Assembly (NCBI GenBank): GCA_047495785.1
Contig: JBLDXI010000015.1
Coordinates: 4,092,001 to 4,156,000, forward strand
Source: Lepidodermella squamata
Lineage: Eukaryota > Animalia > Gastrotricha
DNA: 64,000 bases
Direction of reading: 5' to 3'
Of this stretch, positions 10,785-22,842 are shown in pieces. The notes under the pieces were generated by a model, which had not been told where the DNA came from, did not search any database, and worked only from the letters and a program-made list of their open reading frames with translations. Made by a program: the position numbers and the translations under genes. The first letter of the stretch is position 1. The number at the start of each line of letters is the position of its first letter.

Positions 10785-11912
10785 TTAGGAATTGTAGTTA
10801 AGCATTAAACTCAAAATCACGATTGTTGAAAGAAGGGCGATAGCCGAGAATGCACAAAGTAAAGAAATGTCACATCTATCGATTACTTTCTCCCAATAGT
10901 TTCCCGAAGTTTTAATTGTCTTTCGCTTATAGAAGTAACAAGAAGCTGCCGCGTAAACTGTGATTAGTGTGCAAATACTGATTTGAAGTACAACGAGGAT
11001 ACTGACGTAGCTGAGTTTCGAACTCGGCGGCATTCGTTCATTTATTGTCGCCTGAAGAACTCCGAGGGCTAATTGACAGGTTATTGCGTAAGCGGCTCTA
11101 TCAGGTTCCGAAGCCGGGATGGCAAAGGTCATGAGTTGTAGAATCATGAGAAAGGCCATTGGAATCAAAACCGAAGATACGAACTGGCTGGGTTGGCGCT
11201 GTAAATGAAATTTGAATTGGATTGCCCCGTTGAAGGATGAACACGAGTTGAAAAGTCGAGCTTCAGCCCCTGCTAGTTTCCATGCCGAGTTGTCAGACAT
11301 GAAATCCGAGCCGTTCTTAATAGCGACTGTGCCAAACCTTATGCCTAGCTTTTTGATTAAAACATCGTAGCATAGCTCAGTGAAGGAGAAAATGTAGACA
11401 CAAGTTTGGGTATCGAATGGAAACGCAGTGAAGTCCATAGGGCACATGGTTGTCAGGGATCCAAAAGCCGGGAAATAAGTCACTCGGCCGTTTGACTGGA
11501 TATAGGTCGTTTTAAGGTTGCGATCGAACTTCGCTGCTGCATAAATGTCCTCCGCATTGTTCATATGAATCGGCGTCGGTTGCCAGAACAAACTCGGCTC
11601 CATTGCTATGAGTTCTGTTTCATTGTACGGAGAAACGTCATTCCAGCGCCAGTATCTATCGTACCATCCAATTTCGAGATCGGCGAGCAGTTTTAGCTGC
11701 TCGGCAATCTCGTCAAGTTTCACGAATGCTAGAGCTTTGAAGGTGAAGTGCACCCAAATTGTCTCGTTGCCAATTTTCGGCTGGTCGAGTCCTATTTTAG
11801 TCTTCTCCCTTCTTTCAAGGAGAAATGAACGAAGCCTCGCGCGTTCAGGCGTTGGGAGAGGCTCAGCAATAACCTCGGCAAAAAATAGGATAAGAAAATG
11901 GAAAAACACCAT
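10785..11912 (-). CDS. Atypical Cys-loop ion channel subunit, intronless; close paralog of 6291-7421
   Basis: Cys-loop CPMDFTAFPFDTQTC. The TM region and C-terminus (LMLNYNS) are nearly identical to the 6291-7421 protein. Confidence 0.9.
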   Translation of the reverse strand: MVFFHFLILFFAEVIAEPLPTPERARLRSFLLERREKTKIGLDQPKIGNETIWVHFTFKALAFVKLDEIAEQLKLLADLEIGWYDRYWRWNDVSPYNETELIAMEPSLFWQPTPIHMNNAEDIYAAAKFDRNLKTTYIQSNGRVTYFPAFGSLTTMCPMDFTAFPFDTQTCVYIFSFTELCYDVLIKKLGIRFGTVAIKNGSDFMSDNSAWKLAGAEARLFNSCSSFNGAIQFKFHLQRQPSQFVSSVLIPMAFLMILQLMTFAIPASEPDRAAYAITCQLALGVLQATINERMPPSSKLSYVSILVVLQISICTLITVYAAASCYFYKRKTIKTSGNYWEKVIDRCDISLLCAFSAIALLSTIVILSLMLNYNS

Positions 11913-12119
11913 TATTATTTCTCTATGCTCTTAAAATCATCAAATGAGCTTTTAAATCAGTCGTGGAATTTTATTAGAAAAAATCTAGTCTGGGCGTCGC
12001 GATCAAAAGTAAATACTCGAATATTGAAAATTCCCAATTATACAATTGTTTGCACAAAACTCATATATTATAATACAATAATATCGACTGATCTTACCGA
12101 CATTTTTACATACTCTAGT

Positions 12120-13268
12120 CTAATAATGATGATTAAGCATAAGGCCTAGGATAATAATTGTCGATAGAAATGCAAAAGAAGAGAATCCACCGAGTAGGAA
12201 AATATCACAGAGGTCAATTATCCGTTTCCAATAACGGGCTTTGGATGACTTGATTTTGTGATGAGACACCTTCCGATCGTATAGGTAGCAGGACACAGCC
12301 GCGTAGATAGTTACAGCAGTGCAAATGCTGATTTGAAGCACGACGAGAATGGTGATGTAGCTAAGCTTCGAACTCGGAGGCATCTGCCCAGTTATTGTCG
12401 ACTGAAGAACACCCAGAGCCAGCTGGCATGTTATTGCATAGGAGGCTCGATCTGGCTCTGAAGCCGGGATAGCGAAGGTCGTAAGTTGCAGCACCATAAG
12501 AAAAGCCATCGGGATAAGTACCGAGCACAGAAATTGGCTAGGTTGACGCTGAAGGTAGAGCTTGAATCGGATTGTCCCGTTGAACGCGGCGCATTTATCT
12601 GTAAGGCTAACTTCATAGCCGGTCAATTTCCACTGAGAATTTTCGGACAGGAAATCGAACCCGTCAATCTCAGCTTTCATTGAGACAGTGTCTATCAAAA
12701 CCTCATCGCAATACATTAGAAAACTGAATATATAGGTGCATGTTTGGCGATCGTAGGGGAAAGCTGTAAAATCCATCGGGCACATCGTAGTCAGCGATCC
12801 GATTGGCGGATAGCAGTCGACCTTGCCATTCGAATAGACGTAGCATGACCGCAATGATCGGTCAAATTTCGTAGCGGCATAGATATCTTCAGCATTATTC
12901 ATATGGATAACAGCGGGTAGCCAGAATAAACTTGGTTCAATAGATATAGAAGTAGTAGAATTGTAGCTTGGGACATCAATCCAGCTCCAATATCGGTCGA
13001 ACCAGGAGAGTTTCAAATCGACCGATAGTTTCAGCTCTTCCCGTATCTCATCGAGTTTGACAAATTTTAGGGCTTTGAAGGTGAAGTTGAGTAGTATTGT
13101 CTCGTTTCCGAGCTTCGGCACGTCCAAATCAACACCGGTCTCAGCTCGTCGTTTCACCAGGAATGAGCGGAGTTTCGCGCGATCGGGGGCTTGCAACTTT
13201 TCGCTGCTACAAAGCAGGACAAATGCAGCCAGCAAGGTTGCTAGGATTATCTCGGAGTTGATAGCCAT
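12120..13268 (-). CDS. Atypical Cys-loop ion channel subunit, intronless
   Basis: Signal peptide MAINSEIILATLLAAFVLLCSS, Cys-loop CPMDFTAFPYDRQTC, M2 PDRASYAITCQLAL. Confidence 0.9.
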   Translation of the reverse strand: MAINSEIILATLLAAFVLLCSSEKLQAPDRAKLRSFLVKRRAETGVDLDVPKLGNETILLNFTFKALKFVKLDEIREELKLSVDLKLSWFDRYWSWIDVPSYNSTTSISIEPSLFWLPAVIHMNNAEDIYAATKFDRSLRSCYVYSNGKVDCYPPIGSLTTMCPMDFTAFPYDRQTCTYIFSFLMYCDEVLIDTVSMKAEIDGFDFLSENSQWKLTGYEVSLTDKCAAFNGTIRFKLYLQRQPSQFLCSVLIPMAFLMVLQLTTFAIPASEPDRASYAITCQLALGVLQSTITGQMPPSSKLSYITILVVLQISICTAVTIYAAVSCYLYDRKVSHHKIKSSKARYWKRIIDLCDIFLLGGFSSFAFLSTIIILGLMLNHHY

Positions 13269-14018
13269 TTTCAAAAAAAAATATGTCTGTGGATTCGAAT
13301 CTGTGGTTGGCGGGTTTGTTGTTTTCATTAATTCAATATTAGCTATCCGGAATGTGAGCGGAAATACGTCACCAGTACACTCGAGACTTTATCGAACCAC
13401 GCGCTATTATTGAAGAAAATGTTCAAACAAATAAAACAGCTGTATGGATCTGAACGGACCATAGGAACGGACCCAAGCTTGTGACTTTCGACTCCTCTTC
13501 TGTTCAAAGCTCTCTTTTTGTCTGTTTGCCCTGCCAAATTTTTGAAAAATTGAGGTTCAAGGGCTAAAAAATAAAATACTCTCGATTTTGCGATATTTAG
13601 CTATAGCTGATCAACCTGTTTTCTTTCAATTTTCTGCGCTTACAAAACTGCTGATTTCGGATATATCACCGATATATATTAAATCGATCAACAAAATCGA
13701 TATCGGCTCGACAGAATGAAGTTTAACTGACCACTTTTGGCTATTTTTTTTTATTTTCGTCAGATGGTGTGAAATAAAAAATTGAGATTCGGAGGGGAAA
13801 GTATACCTCGAAAAATCATATTTATTGGGAAATTTATTGAAATTATTAATTTATTCAATTGTCAATAATTGTTAGCTTTTGAGTCACTAAAATTCTTTGG
13901 GACACAAAAAGACCCATAATTTAACCGATTGATTTTTTGTTGCTAAATCAGTGGCAATAACTGAGCTGAGGTAGCTGTCAATTTTATGGCTCATTAAGTT
14001 CAAAAAGTAAGGATGTCA

Positions 14019-15176
14019 TTAATGATATTTAGTCATCAAAACAATTATAACAATCGTCGACAGAAACGCAAACGCCGAGAATCCGCTGGATAATAAAACA
14101 TCAGAAAAATCAATCGACTTTTTCCACCGGTCACTCGCCAACTTATTTCTATGTTTGGCGACGTTACGGTCGTAAAGGTAGCAAGAAATCGCAGCGTACA
14201 CGGTGACCAATGTGCAAATGCTGATTTGAAGCACGACGAGGATGCTGACGTAGCTGAGTTTCGAACTCGGCGGCATTCGGTCATTAATTGTCGTCTGAAG
14301 CACGCCTAGCGCCAACTGGCATGTTATCGCATAGGATGCTCGATCTGGCTCTGAAGCCGGAATAGCGAAGGTAGTTAGTTGCAGCACCATAAGAAAAGCC
14401 ATCGGGATAAGGACCGAACAAACAAATTGGCCAGGAAGTCGCTGAAGAACCAGGTGGAATTGAATAGCCTCGTCAAAGGATGAGCAATTGCTGAGCAGGT
14501 TAGACTCAAAGCCGACCAACTTCCACTGAGAATTGTAGGACATAAAATCCGACCCGGGCGAAGCGGATGTACCGATTTTCATCGAAACAGTGTCTATCAG
14601 CACGTCATCGCAATACTCGTGTATTCCGAAGCCGAAATTGCACGATTGGCGATCGAATGGGAAAGCCGTAAAATCCATTGGGCACATTGTAGTCAGCGAT
14701 CCAACTGGCGGGTAACAAATCACCTGGCCATTGGAAAAGATATAGCACGATCGCATTGATCGGTCGAATTTCGTCGCGGCATAAATGTCCTCGGCATTGT
14801 TCAAGTGGATGATAGTTGGCTGCCAGAATAAACTCGGCTCTATCGAAAGACTAGTGGTGGCGTTGAATTGCGGCGTATCGTCCCATCGCCAGTATTCGTC
14901 GCGCCAAGCCAGTTTCAAATCAACGGAAAGCTTTAGCTCTTCCCGAATTTCGTCCAGCTTAACGAATTTAAGGGCTTTAAATGTCAAGTTTATTAGCACT
15001 GCTTCGTTGCTTATTTTAGGGACGTCTAATGCTACACCGGATTCGCCTCGTTTCTTAACTAAGAAAGATCGGAGTTTGGCCCGAGATGGAGCTTGAACAA
15101 CAGGTTCAGCACTGCATTGCATCATGCTGCCTGCCAACAGGGCACTTGTAAAAATTTGCCCAATAGTGAGAGCCAT
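14019..15176 (-). CDS. Atypical Cys-loop ion channel subunit, intronless
   Basis: Signal peptide, Cys-loop CPMDFTAFPFDRQSC, M2 PDRASYAITCQLAL, four TM helices. Confidence 0.9.
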   Translation of the reverse strand: MALTIGQIFTSALLAGSMMQCSAEPVVQAPSRAKLRSFLVKKRGESGVALDVPKISNEAVLINLTFKALKFVKLDEIREELKLSVDLKLAWRDEYWRWDDTPQFNATTSLSIEPSLFWQPTIIHLNNAEDIYAATKFDRSMRSCYIFSNGQVICYPPVGSLTTMCPMDFTAFPFDRQSCNFGFGIHEYCDDVLIDTVSMKIGTSASPGSDFMSYNSQWKLVGFESNLLSNCSSFDEAIQFHLVLQRLPGQFVCSVLIPMAFLMVLQLTTFAIPASEPDRASYAITCQLALGVLQTTINDRMPPSSKLSYVSILVVLQISICTLVTVYAAISCYLYDRNVAKHRNKLASDRWKKSIDFSDVLLSSGFSAFAFLSTIVIIVLMTKYH

Positions 15177-17041
15177 TTTTAAATCTGAACAGCTGTAAAG
15201 GGATTTATTCTGTTTTCACGTTATTTCAATATTTGTCAAGCTATTACTCGGAGACATCCACCTAAATGCTGTTTGACGTCAAGTTTGGCAGGAGGAGTTC
15301 AGGAAGTCTGGTTTTTACTGCACCGCAGATATTATGAGCAAACAAATCGTTTGTATTTGCTAAATAAAATGGATCTAAAAATAATGCTCGTCTTGATTCC
15401 CATTCAAGACGGTTTTTGCAATCGATTCCCGCTTTTTTGTTGTATCATTAATTAATAGGGCGTAAACACTTGACACATAACAAATAATATGAGTTAATTT
15501 GGCCGGTCATCCTCAACAGCGTCAAAATAATTGAGCTATGGCCTTATAGCCGTGTTCATAATTCTGTTGGCTTCTAATTGGCTGAAAGCTGAACGCTGAC
15601 AACATCAGGATGCCGCTGTCACTCGTGCATATAGGTACAACAATTGCGTGTCGAGTAACGTGATTATCAATTATTGGCACCACTTCATCATCACTAGCAA
15701 ATATCGATTATAAATAAAATGAAGCGTTGAAGAAAAGAGTGAGACAGTATATGGCTTTTCGCGTGTAATGCGACGACAAGTGGCTACTAAATTGCATTTT
15801 ATCCGCTCGAATTACTGCGCGATACTTTTTCGGCGGCGCATCCCGGTTTTTTTTTGGTTTTCACCCTCGTGCAGAAAAATACGAATGGACTCGGTGAACA
15901 AAGTTTTGCTATCGTGGGACTTTTCACTGAAAATCTTTGCATTTTTTATTGATAATATTTCTTTCATAACCTATGGCTTTTCATTTTTTGTTGGATCTGA
16001 TGGTAGCCATGGCGTTGCTTTCTCTCATCGCAATAAATCTTTTGCGCACAATTTTTTACACAAAAATGTGCGCGCAATTAGGGTGGCTAATGCACCTAAA
16101 AAATGTTGGCGCATCTCTTACGACCTGCCATTCATCAACTGTTATACTACCTATAAAACAACAACAAATCGCTGCGCCGCTGCCGATTTAAAAGCCGAGT
16201 TATACCAGGTATGTAACGCGAGTAATACATGCTACAATTTTCGCTCGAGAGGCGCCGTGTTATTGACTCGCTACGAGGCTAAATTGTAACAGAAGAACGC
16301 TCGCAACTCATCGCAGCGTCTGGTACTGATTCGGAATATGCGCCCAGTGTATAATGATTATTTTGCTCAGAAAAATCAGTAATAACACCGAAAAACAACG
16401 CTAATAAAAACTGCGATATGTTTAGATAAATTATACCACTTTTCGTATTATAACAAATAAGCCTTTACCTTACGTATTTTCGGCTCAACTGGAGTGGCTC
16501 TTCTGTCTGTCCGAGCCATATTTTGGTATAATAAGAATCAGTGTTGCTATTAAATCAATCTATCGCAATAAATACCAATATATGCTCGGCTGCCAATATA
16601 TGTTTACGTGTTAATAAGACCCACGCGATGTTTGCCCGATGTCAAAATAAAACGCCTCATGCACCCAATAAAAAACTTGTTGCCTATTTGATTGATTTGA
16701 GGATATTTATTAGGCTATATAATTCTGATTGTTATAAACAACCCTAAACCAATGGCGAATGGTGAAACGCTTCGTTTGGTCCTTTCAAACATAGCCGAAT
16801 ATTTTTTAATTGATGCTTTCTTCGCACTACAACGTAAATTATTGATTTTTACTCATTCCAAGGGTATTTTTCAGTAAATATTTGTAAATAATTGATAAGA
16901 ATCACGTCACGCGAGGGCCATTGATTTGACTCAATTCAACTTATGATCATCTCCTACATATTATAACAGTCCATGGCTTTCCTATAGCTATTTTTCCCCT
17001 AAATTTTTCTTCAATTTCGTTGCTCATATATTAGGTTGAAA

Positions 17042-20000
17042 ATGAATGTATTTTATTGTCATGTATTATTATTCCTGCTAATCGAATCATCGCCCTTCGT
17101 TAATTCGTCTTCCTGCGGCCGAACAACGTGCTACGGCGAGGGTAGTAAATTCTACGGCGACGAGCCTGTTCCTTTCCTGCCGAATCAACGCTGCTCATGC
17201 TCGACGAGATGCGCACTGTTCGACGATTGCTGCGAAGATTTTCGAGCCATCTCAAAAAGCTACATCAAATACGCGCTCAAACATTTGACCGTTGAAAATT
17301 CAGCCACTAAGCTCCGCCCACTCGCCGATGCCGGCGTGTCGTGCGGCCTGCCTCGCCACCTCGTCGGACCTTCAAGGCATATACGATTCGCTGAAAACGT
17401 CCCACCTTTCTACCGGGTTGGGACATGCCCGGAAGACGCCTCTGGCTTTGCGCCGTTCGACGATAAAGACCCGCAAAGCCGGAATCCGTTTGTAACAGCC
17501 TGGCCGATAATCGATGTCGCAACGGGTATTGTTTTCGATAACATCGATATCGCGAGGTGTAACAGCTACACCCGGCTTAAAAATAGCACGAAATTAGCGG
17601 AATCTTACGAGCCTCGAATCGCGAAAGGTCCGCTGAAATATTGGCCGTCTTTCTCGATTTTATGCCAGAATGGCACGAAGTTCGGCGGCGATACTGATTT
17701 CAACCCATTCAACCCAGCCCAGGCTGAGGAAGTACTGGAAAAATTAGGCTGTCAGGTTCAGTTAACCGATCCTCAACGGCCTGTTATGTTTCCGATAGCG
17801 TTTTGCGTTCCGTTTTCGCCGGCGAGTCGCGTCGTGAGGAATGGATGCGTGATTAGCGCGAAGGAGACGGCTGAGGCTAACGATGACGGCTGTTTGAATG
17901 GCGATGTTGAAATCGTAGCTGTTTACCCGACTTGGAATGCTGAGCGAGGCGAAATGAGTGATGTGCCGATTTTTTACCGCAACGCGCACTGCGCGAGATG
18001 CACTGGCATCGACGATGACAATGAGTTCAACTGTTCGTTTAGTGTTGAAAATGGTTCAAAGTTTCAAAAGGCTTTGCTCAAATCAACGGCGCCTCGGCGT
18101 AATCTTCAGTTCAACGCCTTTAGAATGATGATGGTAAATTTAAATTAAATAGGACCGTTAAAATGTGAAAAGTGGGGTTTGGCGTATTTTCTGTATTTTC
18201 CGGCAAATGGCAAAACGTGTGTTGAATTGAAGTGGGGCTATTCTAGGATTCCTTACTCAGTTCTTACTCAGTTTTCTTGAGCATTATAGGGCGACTTTGC
18301 CCAAGGACTTTGAAGTCATGAGATCAAGGGCAAAGTCCGCCTATTTTTTTCTGGTCTTGGTCGCGCGGTCGTGTAAAAAATGCTCACTAAAAACCGAGAG
18401 TGGAAAAAGTGATGCACCAATAGCCAATAGGAGTCGAACTAGGGATGTTGGAATAACAAGCCGTGCTTTTCGTCCACTGCGCCATCAGCTGGAAGAAATC
18501 GGAAAATATTTACACCCATATTTTTGTCAATTGACACACTGATAGAAACTCTTAATTGCTATTTTAATTGGTGGGGTAGTAGATGAAAAACACGGCTTGT
18601 TATTCCAATATCCCTAGGTCGACTCCTTTTAGTGCATCACTTTTCCACTTTATTTTTTTTTAGCGAGCATTTTTTACACGATCGCTCCGCCACAACGACC
18701 GTGCGACCACGGCCAGAAAAAAATAGGTGGACTTTGCCCTTGATCACATGACTTCAAAGCCGCCCGATAATGAGAATTCTTAATTTTCAAATTTTAGACT
18801 CTAGAAGTCTCCCATCATAAGTCCCACATCAAAAGACGGGAGACCCCAAAGTGTCGCCGAAAGGTTGACATGGAAGCTTTAGCTTGATTCCATCAAACCT
18901 TTAGAGTATCTAGCTATTACCTTCCTTACCTAAGATCTCGAATGCGTATAAAATTAAAGAGAAACCCAAAACGTCGCGCAAATTAATTCGAAATGACGCG
19001 CAACTTAATTTTAAGGGACGTGCAGGTGCTGATCACGTGTCGCGCGACGAATTGTTAATTGATGCAATAAAAAACTTAATTTTTCTAACGCGCATTTTTC
19101 GAAATTAGCAATTTTCACCCTTAAACATTTGAAGCCCATTTTCTCAGCAACCCTGATGACTAGCAACCTCTTTTTGATATTCTCGACTCCTCTTTCATTG
19201 ATCTTGAAAGCGGCATCATAATCTCGCGATGTCACAACATTTCGCCAAACCCCACTTTTCACTTGATTGTCAATATAAAAATCCTCCTTAATATTTGTTT
19301 AATATAGGATTTCAGTTGGTCGCCCGAAGATCTGATACAACCGGGTATTGGTAGCGATTTTGAAGAGACGCGGCTCAAACAGGCGTGTGATTCTGAAAAT
19401 GATATTTTCGTGCCATTTCTCGGCAGTTGCCACCAGCTGACCATCAAAAACAGCGCCGATCTTGCCGAGGACGAAGCCCGGGCGGTAAATGTATCCTACA
19501 CCTTGGTGGCAAACAGCTCAAACAGCTCATCGCAAAACTGTTTCCTCGAGCTCAAACAACAAGATGTTGTAACCTATGCTATTTTCGAAAACGGAACTCT
19601 CAAAGTGAAATCAGTATTCTTCGAACCCGATCAGTATAAAATGAATGATAACGGCTCAATAACCCTGAAATACTGCTTCGACGCGCTGCAGCCGAGCGAT
19701 GACGATGGCGGGCGGCATTTTAAACACGGCGAGCGCGAAATTCCGATTCGTGACATCATCTCGCGCTTTATCACCCTAGCCTTCATGTGCATGTCCATGG
19801 TCGCGCTCGGGTTCCTTCTCGTCATCTACGCCATGTTCCCACAGCTGAGAAATCTGCCTGGCAAGGTCATGATGTGTCTATCGGCAACATTGCTAGTCGC
19901 TTTGGGCAACTATTCAGTCGGCGTCCTGGCTTTCGAAAAAATTTGGTAAACAAACATGATCTTCTACATAGTTTTCAATTTTGATTTTTTGGAGAAAGAT

Positions 20001-20885
20001 TTAATTTTTTCAATTTAAAAATTTCAATTTATATATATTTTTGGTTTTTTTCCGAATTCCAACAGGTATCCAGCGTGCTTTTCGATGGCCGTCATAATCC
20101 ACTATTCATTTCTATGCACCTTCGCCTTCAGCTCATGCTTGGCCTACGACATCTGGCGAACCTTTTCAAACCGAGCTGGGACAATGACTTCAGCTGAGGC
20201 GAAACGTCTCTACCGCCGTTATTGCTTCTTCGGCTGGGGAATGCCTCTACTCGTCATTGTCATCTCCGTTTTTCTCGAGTTCATCCCCGACATGAAAGTT
20301 TTCTCACTGCCCCGGCCTCGTTACTCGATGCCTGTTTCAATAATTCACCCATCAGATTTTCACACCAGCGACTACCACGAGCATTCAGTCTGGGTCTGCT
20401 GGATGATGAACCGTTACGCTGTAGTGGCGTATTTCAAAACTCCGATTTTCTTCTGCTTACTGACAAATGCAATATTCTTCACCATGACCATCGTTCAAAT
20501 TCGACGAGCTTCCGAACACAGTGCTCGAGCCGGCCGCGGCCATTCGATGGGCATCCGCCGCCGGCTGTTCATCTACCTTAAAATCAGCACAATTATGGGC
20601 ATGACGTGGCTGTTCGGCTTCATCGCGGCTGCGACTAAAATCGAAGCGCTGTGGATCCCGTTCGGCCTAGCCAACGCCCTACAAGGCATGTACGTCTGTC
20701 TGGCGTTTGTTTTCACGAAAAAAGTCGCACGGCTGTTGCGCGGATGGGCGGCCGGCGAAGAGCGCGCGACGATTGACCCGCGGCGTTACGCTTCATCGAG
20801 CAGCCAACACTGCACTACAGCAACAACAACAACGACAGCGTCGACTAATAACGCACCCTCACGGTTAACTTCGGTCCAAAAATGA
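17042..20885 (+). CDS. Family B (secretin/Methuselah-like) GPCR with N-terminal somatomedin-B domain; exons 17042-18133, 19308-19945, 20066-20885
   Basis: Signal peptide; SMB motif CSCSTRCALFDDCCEDF; YRNAHCARC; 7TM motifs LRNLPGKVMMCL, HYSFLCTF, GWGMP, CW, MGMTWLFGF, NALQG. Splice phases join cleanly. Confidence 0.88.
18153..19271. mobile_element. Non-autonomous TIR element (family B) in GPCR intron 1, carrying a nested foldback insertion
   Basis: GACCGTTAAAATGTGAAAAGTGGGGTTTGGCG ... CGCCAAACCCCACTTTTCACTTGATTGTC. Both arms align, in reverse orientation, to 24554-25116. Confidence 0.8.
18282..18772. mobile_element. Foldback/palindromic element nested in the family B element
   Basis: Arms of about 180 bp: CATTATAGGGCGACTTTG...GAATAACAAGCCGTG versus CACGGCTTGTTATTCC...CAAAGCCGCCCGATAATG. 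Flanked by AG on both sides, a possible 2-bp TSD. Confidence 0.75.
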
Positions 20886-21393
20886 TTCTTTTTTTTCGAA
20901 AAACGATATTAAATAAATAAAAATTGTGCATATTTCGCGTGGAATAATAATAATATTTAATTTGCTATTTTTTTTACGTTCAATGCGAGTGCTGCAAATA
21001 AAAAGCCGAATTATTATATCAATATTTAAAATCAAATAAAAATTATCTGTGGTTTCATTACACGAAGGCGTTGCTTTAGAAATTCGGATCGTTGCTCTAT
21101 GCCCGAGTAAAATCGGTGCTCGAAATGCTTATATACTATATGCGTTAGGTTCAACATGTGGCTGGCAATAAGTGATAGAAATAATCCCAACATAAATAAT
21201 GATAAAAAACATCGCATGATTTTTCCTTAATCAAATCTTCTTCAAATATCTTTCGTAGCAGATGATCGATTAAAAAGAGGTTTTTCTCCTAGCATTGCAT
21301 TGTGTACTTTTTTACCTCTGCGCATTTTTTGTATACGTAATAATAATGCTATTCGCCGACGACTCTTCGGAAACAGGTGCTTGTAGTATAGAC

Positions 21394-22017
21394 ATGGAGA
21401 GCAGCGAACTGGAAACAAGTAGTAATAACGCACCCCGGCCAAGTCGGAAGTTGATGATCACTGCTGATGATGCGGATGAATTGTTGAATAGCCAAATTAT
21501 TGTAGAGCCGACAACGAGCAATAATAATAACAACTCAGAAGCCGTCCTTGTTACGTCTTCGAATCGATCACTATTAAGAATGCGAGACAGTATTCTTGAG
21601 GAGTCGGCCTATCTGGCGAAAGCTAATCTCGCTCGCTCGGTCAAATACATCGCCAACGCACCTTACATATACCCGAACGGCATAGGACAAGAGTCACCAC
21701 CTCAATTCGTCATGAATTCATCGATGATATCGAAACCGCCAAGCGTGACTGTTATCCGCATCCCGGATGACGAGGCGAGGAAAGAATACGAACCTGGAGC
21801 GGAGAGTCTGCGTGAGGAGGCGATTTGTTGCGCTTTCAGTGCCTTCTGCTGCGGGCCCATGTGCCTATGGATACCTGCCTGCATTTGCGCCTTCAGAAAA
21901 TACCAATCAGAAGCAAGTTACCGCCTATCGATTCGACTCAGCACTGCTGCTATCATCATTGGAGCGCTATTAATTGTTGCCAATATTTTCTTCCGATTTT
22001 TCTATCAAGGACAGTAG
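21394..22017 (+). CDS. CD225/dispanin-like Cys-rich two-helix membrane protein
   Basis: LREEAICCAFSAFCCGPMCLWIPACICA...YRLSIRLSTAAIIIG. Start codon uncertain (21346 or 21394). Confidence 0.7.
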   Translation: MESSELETSSNNAPRPSRKLMITADDADELLNSQIIVEPTTSNNNNNSEAVLVTSSNRSLLRMRDSILEESAYLAKANLARSVKYIANAPYIYPNGIGQESPPQFVMNSSMISKPPSVTVIRIPDDEARKEYEPGAESLREEAICCAFSAFCCGPMCLWIPACICAFRKYQSEASYRLSIRLSTAAIIIGALLIVANIFFRFFYQGQ

Positions 22018-22119
22018 CTATTTTAATTTTGATGAGCTGCTAATTTTTTAATAAAACTTCATTCAAATTTTATTCACAAAATAATAGCAATAAAAAATTG
22101 TGAAAAATTGAGAAGGTCA

Positions 22120-22465
22120 TCATTTTCCAACTTTCGGGCCATAGATGAAAATGTGATTGCGGGACTTGGGCACAACTGCGAAAAAAAATTAATTTCACAC
22201 ATTATATTTTTTTCGGAAATTTACCTGTGCGTCGGCATCTGCCGGACACCTCCCATCGACCATCAGCTGAGCAGGTGATGATACCATCACCCTCAAGGGT
22301 GAAGCCTTCTGCACAGGTGAATGACCGTCTCGAGCCGACTGACGAAGCGCCCTGTTCGGTAAATAAGGCGTGGGCTATCGATGGTGAGTCGCCACAGTTC
22401 GGTACCAAGTTGGCAGTAACACACCAGGTGAGGACACCCAAAATTAAGGCGGATTGCTTGAACAT
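22120..22465 (-). CDS. Secreted single Sushi/CCP-domain protein; exons 22465-22225 and 22175-22120
   Basis: Signal peptide; C-x3-P...G...FTCAEGFTLEG...ITC...GRW...C Sushi pattern. A phase-1 intron gives the tail VVPKSRNHIFIYGPKVGK*. Confidence 0.8.
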
Positions 22466-22842
22466 ATTTTCGCAGTAAAACTCAGCGTAGCTTTTAATAA
22501 CTTTGAATGAATGAAACACATATCGTTTTCATCGCCCAGTTTATATAGGCTTAATTGATGCGTAAACAGACACGATTTTTCTCGAATCGTGGCTAGCCAA
22601 AAGGTCATTCTTATTTATTGTTTACAAGTTATTGCAGCCATTTTAGGTGCAGGGCAGTTAAGGGTGTGTGCACTCAAGCTGAAGCAATGACAAAAAATTG
22701 AGGCTTGAAAAGTGATTACAACATCCGCCATTCAATTAAAATTACGTTGAATTGAAGAAATAGCGGGTTCAATGAAGCGTAAAATTCATCATGGGCACGA
22801 TTCAAGCCCCGATTTGCTGCTAAAGAAATTTAGGTTAAAAAC

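Noticed and set aside
15768-16289. 173-aa and 72-aa overlapping ORFs
   Set aside because: No recognisable motif or paralog; AT-rich intergenic DNA between divergent genes.
19011-19262. 83-aa ORF
   Set aside because: It lies in the arm of a family B TIR element; the homologous copy at 24554 does not keep the frame and no transposase motif is visible.
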